NCBI RefSeq assembly: GCF_042242105.1
Contig: NC_092012.1
Span: 26,102,001 to 26,166,000 of the forward strand
Direction of reading: 5' to 3'
Source of the DNA: Pempheris klunzingeri
Taxonomy: Eukaryota
DNA length: 64,000 bases
The position numbers and the translations under genes are program-made. Shown in pieces: positions 1-10,464 of this stretch; position 1 is the stretch's first letter, and each line of letters begins with the position of its first letter. The notes under the pieces were generated by a model that searched no databases, had not been told where the DNA came from, and saw only the letters and a list, made by a program, of their open reading frames with translations.

Positions 1-30
1 AATAATAATTCTTTCAAACAGTTTCTCAAA

Positions 31-151
31 AAAGGTTTTTTCAAGGTTTTCAAGGTTTTTCAAGGTTTTCAAGGTTTTTCAAGGTTTCAAGTCCAGGTAG
101 GTATGGAGACCATTCATCTGCTTTTCCAGGTAGGTATGGAGACCATTCATC
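31..151. repeat. Short tandem AAGGTTTT(T)C repeats and a 27-bp direct repeat
   Basis: About six AAGGTTTT(T)C units at 31-89; TCCAGGTAGGTATGGAGACCATTCATC at ~93 and ~125. Confidence 0.85.
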
Positions 152-564
152 AAAAAGGGCTTTTTTCAAGATTGAAAATAGTGTGAAATAAAGGGAGGGG
201 GAAAGAAGGCAGAGACAGCAGATGTAGCAGGACAGAGGATAGGATAGAGGGTTGGGGGAATTGGAATTGACACAGGGCCGACGGGACACAGGTCGTCTTC
301 TTCTGCTTGTTCTTCTCGGACTGTAGATCACAGAGAAAACAACAATCATTCACTAAAATCATGTTTGACAATTACACTTGGATACCATTTAACTGTATAT
401 TTAGCCAAGTGATTTAAAAATCTCAAAAGGTGAGGTGGCTTAAGTCTCCCACTATGATCAAACAGTTATGCTGGATAGATGGCTACAATAATTGTAAGAC
501 AGCTAATCAGTTATCCACAGCCAAGAGAATCACTCCTCTTCAGGTCAGATTCTGTTTTACTCAC

Positions 565-595
565 CTCAGGACAGGCTCTTGGAGCTCTTTCTTGT
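565..595 (-). other. Candidate 31-nt exon of an unidentified spliced transcript
   Basis: Minus strand reads TATTTTTGTCTTTTAG|exon|GTGAGT. Another donor (AG|GTAAGT) lies at 1632/1631 and another acceptor (TTTTCTCTGTGATCTACAG|) at 321/320. Confidence 0.45.
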
Positions 596-1155
596 CTAAA
601 AGACAAAAATACATTTCAAACCTCTCACTCTGACCACATGTATTAGACAGCTAGCACGTATTGTTAAATCTTAGCTGTGGCAGGTGTCATTGTTTTAATA
701 CATGAGTGAAAGAATGGACATAAACTCAGTTCATATTTTAATTCAGCACAGACATCAAACACACACAATATTTATTATTCATTTATTTATTCATATTTAT
801 TATTTGCACACACTCTCTTCGACCCTCTCCCCTCGGGCAGGCGGCTGCATCTGGTGCACCTGGAGGCAGACCAGCAGGCTGAGGAAGCTGTTAGACTGCT
901 GAACTCTGGTGCTGCTCTGTAGATCCACACACACCCCTCTCACACACACACACACACACACACACACCTACCTGCAGCAAATACTTCTATTTTACTTTAT
1001 ATAGGACCTCTATTTTCTATATTTTATTTGTTATTTCATGTTTATCTTGGCTTAAAACAGGACCTGAGAACATCATATCATGCCTCCCCATGTGTAAATG
1101 TGTGTTGCTATGCCAAATAAAGTTCCTTGAATCCTTGCTATATTCAGTACTGGCT

Positions 1156-1478
1156 CTTTTGTCTCTGATAGCTGTTAACTTGACAGTTAGCTAATGCCGT
1201 GCTGTAAAAAGCAGAGTCATTGTCAGATGCTAACCGTTAGCATGACGCTAGCACCATGCTAACGGTTAGCGTAATAGCTAGCGTTAGCGTCGTAGCTCAC
1301 GCTAGCTACGACGCTAACGGCTAACCTTAAAAAACGCTAATGTTCGCATTAGATAGCCATTAGCGTCATAGCTAACGTTAGCTAACCCATCTGACAATGA
1401 CTGTGCTTTTTACAGCATGGCATTAGCTAATCGTTGACCGTTAGCAGTTAACAGCTATCAGTTATCAGAGTGACAAAG
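1156..1478. repeat. ~320-bp foldback (MITE-like) palindromic element rich in GCTAAC/GTTAGC
   Basis: Arms 1165-1180/1446-1461 (perfect 16 bp) and 1187-1229/1388-1430 (two mismatches); central perfect 16-bp IR 1282-1297/1304-1319. No TSD identified. Confidence 0.75.
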
Positions 1479-1896
1479 TTACAATTTACGACACTTGCTG
1501 TATGTCCTGCTATGTGTGAACTCCACATAGGTTATCACATCAGTAATTAGCTTATTAATAGTCTAAACCACACAAAGTTCGGGTTTATTTGTTAAAAAAT
1601 CACCACACAGTGAGGAGCCGCATGTACTTACCTCTGAAGATGAGAGAAGAAGTGCCACTACAGGTCCGACGACCCGTGCAGGGCTGCTGTGAGGGGCGTT
1701 CAGGGACAGTCGGACGTTCCAGCGTTGTCACAGAAATCTTAACAAAGTCTCACTACATCTGATTCTTAATGAAATATGACATATTTTCAGTGTTCACATG
1801 ATTTGTATAGCCTCCAGTTTAGTTTATGGCAAACATTTTGGAGGCTGCAGCTGTAGTTAGAAGGACATGTGTATGGCTATTGTCTAAATCCAATGT

Positions 1897-1945
1897 TGTG
1901 TGTGTCTGAGTGTCTGAGTGTGTGTGTGAGTGAGTGAGTGAGTGA

Positions 1946-1989
<44 letters not shown>

Positions 1990-2057
1990 CAGAGAGTGAG
2001 TGTGTGTGTGTCTGAGAGTGTGAGTGTGTGTGTATGTGTGTGTGTGAGTGGCAGAGA

Positions 2058-2132
<75 letters not shown>

Positions 2133-2177
2133 TGAATGTGAGTGTGTGTCTGTGTGAGTGAGTGAGTGAGTGAGTGA

Positions 2178-2220
<43 letters not shown>

Positions 2221-2896
2221 TGTGAGTGTGAGTGTGTGTATGTGTGTGTGTGTGTGAGTGAGTGAGTGAGTGAGTGAGTGACTGAGTGTGTGTGAGTGAG
2301 TGAGTGAGTGTGAGTGTGTGAGAGAGTGAGTGTGAGTGAGTGTGTGTGTGAGTGAGTGAGTGAGTGTGAGTGAGTGAGTGTGTGAGAGAGTGAGTGTGAG
2401 TGAGTGTGTGAGTGAGTGAGTGAGTGTGTGTGTGAGGGAGTGTGTGTGAGTGAGTGAGTGTGTGTGTGAGTGACTGTGAGTGTGTGTGAGTGAGTGAGTG
2501 TGAGTGAGTGAGTGTGTGAGAGAGTGAGTGTGAGTGAGTGTGTGAGTGAGTGAGTGAGTGAGTGTGTGTGTGAGTGAGTGAGTGTGAGTGTGAGTGTTAG
2601 TGTGTGTGAGTGAGTGAGTGTGTGAGTGACTGTGAGTGTGAGTGTGTGTGTGAGTGAGTGAGTGTGACTGATTCACATTCTTCGACCAGCACAATTTGAA
2701 GTTGAGGGATGTACATATGAACAATCTGATTAAATTTATTTTTAAAAACACAGGGCTTTTATTTTGAAAATTGGACTCTGGCAGAGTTCCTGTGACTGTT
2801 GTGAGTCAACACATGTAGTTGTTTGTATGTATGTATGTCTGTGTGAGTGAGTGAGTGTGTGTGTGTGTGTGAGTGAGTGAGTGAGTGAGTGAGTGA

Positions 2897-2939
<43 letters not shown>

Positions 2940-3237
2940 TGTGAGTGTGAGTGTGTGTGTGTGTGTGTGAGTGTGTGTGTGTGTGTGTGAGTGTGAGTGT
3001 GTGTGTGAGTGAGTGAGTGTGACTGATTCACATTCTTCGACCAGCACAATTTGAAGTTGAGGGATGTACATATGAACAATCTGATTAAATTTATTTTGAA
3101 AAACACAGGGCTTTTATTTTGAAAATTGGACTCTGGCAGAGTTCCTGTGACTGTTGTGAGTCAACACATGTAGTTGTTTGTATGTATGTATGTGTGAGTG
3201 AGTGAGTGTGTGTGTGTGTGAGTGAGTGAGTGAGTGA

Positions 3238-3272
<35 letters not shown>

Positions 3273-3299
3273 TGTGAGTGTGAGTGTGTGTGTGTGTGT

Positions 3300-3330
<31 letters not shown>

Positions 3331-3762
3331 AGTGAGTGTGAGTGTGTGTGTGTGTGTGTGAGTGAGTGTGAGTGAGTGAGTGAGTGAGTGAGTGAGTGAG
3401 TGTGTGTGAGTGAGTGAGTGAGTGAGTGAGTGAGAGTGTGTGAGGGAGTGAGGGAGTGTGTGTGTGAGGGAGTGTGTGTGTGTGAGTGAGTGAGTGACTG
3501 TGAGTGTTTGTGAGTGAGTGAGTGTGTGTGTGTGAGTGACTGTGAGTGTGTGTGAGTGAGTGAGTGAGTGAGTGTGAGTGAGTGTGTGTGCTGGTCTTCG
3601 ACCAGCACAAATTGAAGTTGAGGGATGTACAGATGAACAATCTGATGAAATTTATTTTGAAAAACACAGGGCTTTTATTTTGAAAATCGGACTCTGGCAG
3701 AGTCCCTGTGACTGTTGTGAGTCAACACATGTAGTTGTTTGTATGTATGTATGTCTCTGTGA

Positions 3763-3823
<61 letters not shown>

Positions 3824-4060
3824 TGAGTGTGAGTGTGTGTGTGAGTGAGTGTGAGTGTGTGTGTGTGAGTGAGTGTGAGTGAGTGAGTGAGTGAGTGAGT
3901 GAGTGAGTGAGTGAGAGTGTGTGAGGGAGTGAGGTAGTGTGTGTGTGAGGGAGTGAGTGTGAGTGTGTGTGTGAGTGAGTGAGTGAGTGTGTGTGTGTGT
4001 GTGTGTGTGAGAGTGAGTGTGTGTGTGAGAGTGAGTGTGTGTGTGTGTGTGTGAGAGAGA

Positions 4061-4103
<43 letters not shown>

Positions 4104-4230
4104 TGTGTGTGTTTGTGAGTGTGTGTGTGTGTGTGTGTGTGAGTGAGTGTGTGTGTGTGTGTGAGAGTGAGTGTGTGTGAGAGTGAGTGTGTGTGTGTGT
4201 GTGTGTTAGAGTGAGTGTGTGTGTGTGTGA

Positions 4231-4263
<33 letters not shown>

Positions 4264-5089
4264 ACAGTTCAATTTGTTCAGTTCAAATCTCTGCTGGTCA
4301 AATTTCATCTATCACCTGATTCCCACCAACTGAGCATGCTCAGTGTCTCTGTGGGGCTCAGAGGTCACTCATCACCTGATGGTTGCTATGGTGATGTTGA
4401 CTAATGAGCCACTCTGGGGAGACACAGCTCTTTTCATGGAGATTTGAGCTGTGATATGCATCTGAAAATCAGGGTTTTACTTGAGTGTCAGAGCTTTGGC
4501 GTGTGAACCATTTGACAGAGGAGGGTCTGCTGAACACGTACGTGTAGTTTTGAGGTCTCTAACTTGTGAAATGAGAGAGCTGGAGCAGGTTAGAAAAGTG
4601 GTTGCGTCTGCCTCCCTCCTCAGATTTGAGCTGCCAGTTAACATGGCACTTAATGCGGCAGTTAGTGTGACTTTCCGTCGCTTGGAGGCTCATGGAGGAG
4701 GCTGCGTGCGTTTCTGTGTGTCTGAAGTCACATCGTTGCGACCGGCCCGAGCAGTCCTACGTTTTTCTGTATAGATAGTGAGTCTGCGTGACACGCTGTG
4801 GGCATGAGAGCGAGTTTTTCACAAAATCTTCAGACGATTTTTCTGCTCCTCTCCACTCTAGCGATGACATCACCCACTCTAGCTCCTCATTGACTTTGTA
4901 TGGAGCGATTTTTGGCGCACGTTTTGCCGCGTTGCGCCAAAACGTGCTTTTCGATTACTTGGAAAAGTCATAGCAACTCGACCGCCGCCGAGCCGCACGT
5001 TTTGGTGCGTTTTTTGTGCGTGTGGTGCGAAAGCTCTGGGAGGAGTAGCGCCGTGAAATTTTGCTACGGAAGAAGAAGAATAAGTCAAA
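1897..5089 (-). mobile_element. Family A copy A0 (3' terminus absent, 5' tip displaced, internal deletion)
   Basis: Microsatellite plus three ~150-bp modules, then body 4264-5089 ending at GTCAAA next to the B terminus. No CTAG/hairpin at the left edge. Confidence 0.65.
3588..3760. repeat. Representative ~150-170 bp internal module of family A, repeated several dozen times between TG/TGAG tracts
   Basis: GTGCTGGTC-TTC-GACCAGCAC...GAAGTTGAGGGATGTACAGATGAACAATCTGATGAAATTTATTTTGAAAAACACAGGGCTTTTATTTTGAAAATCGGACTCTGGCAGAGTCC...GTATGTATGTATG; always the same orientation. Confidence 0.92.
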
Positions 5090-5144
5090 CTAGAAAGTGC
5101 AATTTCTGAAGAAATTGCGGTGTGAATGCTCTCTGCTGGCTGCT

Positions 5145-5720
5145 GAATGGCTTACGCCAGACTGAATAGCTTCCTTTTGAACTGAAAGTCATTGAATACC
5201 TGAATGAATGAATAAATTACTAATCTGAATATATGAAAGGGTAAAGTTGAATGGCTTACGCCAGACTGAATAGCTCCATTTGAACTGAAAATCATTGAAT
5301 ACCTGAATGAATGAATAAAGTACTAATCTGAATATATGAAAGGGTAAAGTTGAATGGCTTACGCTAGACTGAATAGCTCCATTTGAACTGAAAATCATTG
5401 AATACCTGAATGAATGAATAAAGTACTAATCTGAATATATGAAAGGGTAAAGTTGAATGGCTTTCGCTAGACTGAATAGCTCCATTTGAACTGAAAAACA
5501 TTGAATACCTGAATGAATGAATAAAGTACTACTCTGAATATATGAAAGGGTGAAAATGAATGGCTTACGCTAGAATGAATAGCTCCCTTTTGAACTGAAA
5601 ATCATTGAATACCTGAATGAAAGAATAAAGTACTAATCTGAATATGTGAAAGGGTGAAAAGTGAATAGCTGACTTTTGAACTGAAAAGCATTGAATATTC
5701 TGCTATTCTGAATAGGTTTA
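5145..5720. repeat. 103-104 bp tandem repeat in B1 (~5.5 copies)
   Basis: GAATGGCTT unit starts at 5145, 5249, 5352, 5455 and 5558, plus a partial copy. Confidence 0.92.
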
Positions 5721-5739
5721 ACATGAAAAAGGAAGTTGA

Positions 5740-6078
5740 AAGATGTACAGATGAAAAATCTGATGAAATTTAATTTCGAAAAACAAAGGGCTTTTATTTT
5801 GAAATTCAGACTCGGCAGAGTTCCTGTGACTTTGTTGTGAGTCAACACGTGTAGTTGTTTATGTGTATCTGATTAAATTAAATTTTTTTTAAAAGGGCTT
5901 TTATTTTGAAATTCAGACTCGGCAGAGTTCCTGTGACTTTGTTGCGAGTCAACATGTGTAGTTGTTTTTCTGTATCTGGTGAACTTTATTTTGAGAAGCA
6001 CAGGGCTTTTATTTTGAAATCAGACTCGGGCAGACTTCCTGTGACTTTGTTGTCAGTCAACACCTGTAGTTGTTTGTC
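5740..6078. repeat. ~107 bp tandem repeat (3 copies) in B1, homologous to the family-A module
   Basis: GGGCTTTTATTTTGAAAT...GACTCGGCAGAGTTCCTGTGAC...GTCAACAC at ~5788, 5895 and 6003; also in B2 ~46020-46365. Confidence 0.88.
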
Positions 6079-7260
6079 TGTGTGTGTGTGTGTGTGTGTA
6101 TGTGTCTCTGTTTGTCTGTGTGTGTGTGTGTGTATATGTGTCTCTGTTTGTCTGTGTGTGAGAGAGTGACAGTTAAGCTATCACCTGATTTCCACCAACT
6201 GAGCATGTCTGTGTCTCTGTTTGTCTGTGTCTCTGTGTGAGAGAGTGACAGTAAAGCTATCACCTGATTCCCACCAACTGAGCACGCTCAGTGGCTCTGT
6301 AGGTCACTAACCAGCTGCAGCTGTGGGGTCGTCATGGCGATAGTGCCTGCGGAGCTACTCTGGGGAGACACAGCTCTTTTCATGGAGATTTCAGCTGTGA
6401 CATGCCTCTGAAAATGCCGGTTTTACTCAAACCCAGTAAGTGTCAGAGCCATAACATGTGGACCTATGGACTTCAGAGGGTCTCCTGAACACTCAGTTCT
6501 TTCCTCAGGTCTCTAACTTGTGAAATGAGAGAGCTAGAGCAGGTTACAAAAGTGGTTGCGTCTCCCTCCCTCCTCAGATTTGAGCTGCCAGTTAACATGG
6601 CACTTAATGCAGCAGTTCCTGTGAGTTTCCGTCGCTTGGAGGCTCGTGGGGGCTGCTGCGTGCGTCTCTGTGTGTCCGAAGTCGCATCGTTGCGACCGGC
6701 CCGAGCAGTCCTACGTTTTTCTGTATGAATTATGAGTCTGAGTGACACGCTGTGGGCATGAGAGCGAGTTGTTCCCGAAATCTTCAGACGATTTTTCTGC
6801 TCCTCTCCACTCTAGCGATGACATCACGCACTCTAGCTCTGAACATTCCGCCACATACACACTAATGTTAAATCTGAAAATGGAGTGAGAAAGTTTTTTT
6901 TTTTGAAAGACGAGTGTGATGAAACGGTGAATGGAATGAAGGAGGTTGAAGTATGGTCTGAAAGAGGTCGAGAGGCTGAACGTTTTAGAGTTTGAATGAA
7001 GTTTCTGGCTGAATGTATGTAGGAACTGTGAGGGCTTGAAGTTTGGTGAGAAAATCGGAGTTTTGAAATTTTTTCCCATTCATTTCTATGAGGAATTTTT
7101 GTCAGAAAAATGGATATTAATGGCACATTTTTGAAGTTTCGGATGAGAAAAGTCATAGCAATCGATTCCCGATTGAAGCGCACGTTTTGAACTTTGAATG
7201 AATTTTCTATTTTGAAAGCTCTGGATGAAGAAGCGCGGCAAAATAACATGACGGAAGAAA

Positions 7261-7305
<45 letters not shown>

Positions 7306-7347
7306 GTACAAGAACATATGTTGTGAATGCTTGAGCATTCACACCAA

Positions 7348-7866
7348 CTAGAAAATTTCCCGCAGAAATTTTAGGCGGGGGCCGCCGTGGTGCGTGCGAC
7401 ATCCGTATTGCTAAACAGACCTCACTTTGAGTGAGTGAGTGTGTGTGAGTGAGGGAGGGAGTGTGTGTGTGTGTGTGTGTGTGAGTGTGGGTGAGTGAGT
7501 GAGTGTGTGTGAGTGAGTGAGTGTGAGTGTGAGTGTGAGTGTGTGAGTGTGAGCGTGAGTGTGAGTGAGTGACTGAGTGTGTGTGAGTGAGTGAGTGTGT
7601 GTGAGTGAGTGAGTGTGTGTGTGAGTGAGTGAGTGAGTGAGTGTGTGTGTGTGTGTGTGAGTGTGAGTGTGTGTGTGTGTGAGAGTGTGTGTGTGTGTGT
7701 GTGAGTGAGTGAGTGAGTGAGTGTGTGTGTTTGTGTGTGAGAGAGAGTGAATGTGAGTGTGTGTGAGTGAGTGAGTGTGTGTGTGTGTGTGTGTGAGTGA
7801 GTGAGTGAGTGAGTGAGTGAGTGTGAGTGAGTGAGTGAGTGTGTGTGTGTGTGTGTGAGTGAGTGA

Positions 7867-7905
<39 letters not shown>

Positions 7906-8379
7906 TGAGTGAGTGAGTGAGTGTGTGCGTGTGTGTGAGTGAGTGAGTGAGTGTGTGAGAGAGTGAGTGTGAGTGTGTGAGTGAGTGTGTGAGAGAGTGA
8001 GTGTGAGTGTGTGTGTGTGTGTGTGTGAGTGAGTGAGTGAGTGAGTGAGTGAGTGAGTGAGTGAGAGTGTGTGAGGGAGTGAGGGAGTGTGTGTGTGAGG
8101 GAGTGTGTGTGTGTGAGTGAGTGAGTGTGTGTGTATGAGTGACTGTGAGTGAGTGAGTGAGTGTGAGTGAGTGTTTTGAAGTTGAAGGATGTACAGATGA
8201 ACAATCTGAGGAAATTTATTTTGAAGTGTGAGTGAGTGAGTGAGTGTGAGTGAGTGTGTGTGAGAGAGAGTGAGTGTGTGTGTGTGTGTGAGAGAGTGAA
8301 TGTGTGTGAGAGAGTGAGTATGAGTGTGTGTGAGTGAGTGTGTGTGTGAGAGAGTGAGTGTGAGTGTGTGTGAGTGAGT

Positions 8380-8410
<31 letters not shown>

Positions 8411-8439
8411 TGAGTGTGTGTGTGTGTGTGAGTGTGTGT

Positions 8440-8470
<31 letters not shown>

Positions 8471-9264
8471 AGTGAGTGAGTGAGTGAGTGTGTGAGTGTG
8501 TGTGTGAGTGAGTGAGTGAGTGAGTGTGAGTGAGTGAGTGAGTGAGTGAGTGAGTGAGTGAGTGAGTGTGTGTGAGTGAGTGAGTGAGTGAGTGAGTGAG
8601 TGAGTGAGTGAGAGTGTGTGAGGGAGTGAGGGAGTGTGTGTGTGAGTGAGTGTGAGTGAGTGAGTGAGTGAGTGAGTGTGTGTGAGTGAGTGAGTGAGTG
8701 AGTGAGAGTGAGTGAGGGAGTGTGTGTGTGAGGGAGTGTGTGTGTGTGAGTGAGTGAGTGACTGTGAGTGTGTGTAAGTGAGTGAGTGAGTGTGAGTGAG
8801 TGTGTGTGCTGGTCTTCGACCAGCACAAATTGAAGTTGAGGGATATACAGATGAACAATCTGATGAAATTTATTTTGAAAACCACAGGGCTTTTATTTTG
8901 AAAATCGGACTCTGGCAGAGTCCCTGTGACTGTTGTGAGTTAACACATGTAGTTGTTTGTATGTATGTATGTCTGTGTGAGTGAGTGTGTGAGTGAGTGT
9001 GTGTGTGTGTGTGTGAGTGAGTGTGTGTGTGTGTGTGTGTATGTGTGAGTGAGTGTGAGTGTGTGTGTGTGTGTGTGAGTGAGTGTGAGTGAGTGAGTGA
9101 GTGAGTGAGTGTGAGTGAGTGAGTGAGTGAGTGAGTGAGAGTGTGTGAGGGAGTGAGGGAGTGTGTGTGTGAGGGAGTGAGTGTGAGTGTGTGTGTGTGA
9201 GTGTGTGAGTGTGTGTGAGAGTGAGTCTGTGTGTGTGTGTTAGAGTGAGTGTGTGTGTGTGTGA

Positions 9265-9297
<33 letters not shown>

Positions 9298-10464
9298 AGA
9301 CAGTTCAATTTGTTCAGTTCAAATCTCTGCTGGTCAAATTTCATCTATCACCTGATTCCCACCAACTGAGCATGCTCAGTGTCTCTGTGGGGCTCAGAGG
9401 TCACTCATCACCTGATGGTTGCTATGGTGATGTTGCCTAATGAGCCACTCTGGGGAGACACAGCTCTTTTCATGGAGATTTGAGCTGTGATATGCCTCTG
9501 AAAATGAGGGTTTTACTTGAGTGTCAGAGCTTTAGCGTGTGAACCATTTGACAGAGGAGGGTCTGCTGAACACGTACGTGTAGTTTTGAGGTCTCTAACT
9601 TGTGAAATGAGAGAGCTGGAGCAGGTTACAAAAGTGGTTGCGTCTGCCTCCCTCCTCAGATTTGAGCTGCCAGTTAACATGGCACTTAATGCGGCAGTTA
9701 GTGTGACTTTCCGTCACTTGGAGGCTCATGGAGGCGGCTGCGTGCGTTTCTGTGTGTCTGAAGTCACATCGTTGCGACCGGCCCGAGCAGTCCTACGTTT
9801 TTCTGTATAGATAGTGAGTCTGCGTGACACGCTGTGGGCATGAGAGCGAGTTTTTCACAAAATCTTCAGACGATTTTTCTGCTCCTCTCCACTCTAGCGA
9901 TGACATCACCCACTCTAGCCCCGAACATTCCACCACACACACACTAATGTTAAATCTGAAAACGGAGTGAAAAACTTTTTTTTTTTGAGATTCGACCGTG
10001 GAGAAACGGTGAATGGCACGACCGGGGTTGAATGATGTACTGAATGAGGTCGAGATGATGAACGTTTTACAGGTTAAATGGAGTTTCTGGCTGAACGTAC
10101 GAGGGAGCTGTGAGGGCTTGAAGTTTGATGAAGAAATGCGGCTCTTGAAAATTTTTCCCATTCATTTTCTATGGCAAATTTGGCGCACGTTTTGCCGCGT
10201 TGCGCCAAAACGTGCTTTTCGATTGCTTGGAAAAGTCATAGCAACTCAACCGCCACCGAGCCGCACGTTTTGGTGCGTTTTTTGTGTGTGTGGTGCGAAA
10301 GCTCTGGGAGGAGTAGCGAAATGAAATTCTACGGAAGAAGAATAAGTAGTCAAATAAGTATGGAGAATAATAATAGTGGGCCTTGCTTCGCAAGGCCCAC
10401 TATTGTGCCCTATGCTTTGCATAGCTGGCACAATAGTGGGCCTTGCTTGCAAGCGGCCCCCTAA
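7348..10464 (-). mobile_element. Family A element A1 (complete)
   Basis: CTAG 7348-7351; hairpin AAAATTTC-CCGCA-GAAATTTT 7352-7372; subTIR GGGGGCCGC 7377-7385 and complement GCGGCCCCC 10453-10461; palindromic tip 10372-10462. Confidence 0.8.

Larger units (their letters stand above)
5090..7347 (-). mobile_element. Family B element B1 (complete)
   Basis: CTAG 5090-5093; hairpin GCAATTTC-TGAA-GAAATTGC 5099-5118; subTIR GGTGTGAATGCT 5119-5130 with perfect complement AGCATTCACACC 7334-7345, itself part of the hairpin TGTGAATGCT-TG-AGCATTCACA; (TAA)n at ~7261-7305. Confidence 0.8.

Noticed and set aside
93..151. GTATGGAGA match between the flank direct repeat and the insertion hotspot
   Set aside because: Only 9 bp with different context on both sides; compatible with chance.
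3640..3690. Hammerhead ribozyme-like CTGATGA...GAAA in the module
   Set aside because: No credible stem II (AATTTATTTT) or stems I/III, and the core varies to CTGATTA, CTGGGGA and CTGATAA among copies. A covariance-model search would settle it.
1897..4263. Telomeric repeat or G-quadruplex array
   Set aside because: No TTAGGG arrays; GGG runs are sparse and mostly widely spaced.
4481..4774. Recurrent 97-aa, 122-aa and similar ORFs in the element body
   Set aside because: Recurrence reflects DNA repetition. The 97-aa ORF has a non-ATG start, there is a frameshift in the copy near 59320, part of the 122-aa ORF is deleted in A0 and A8, and no recognisable domain is present.
5090..10464. LTR, SINE/LINE or cut-and-paste TIR transposon interpretation
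   Set aside because: No LTRs, Pol III boxes, poly(A) tail, true terminal inverted repeats or clear target-site duplication beyond the ambiguous AA; the inverted repeats are asymmetric and subterminal.
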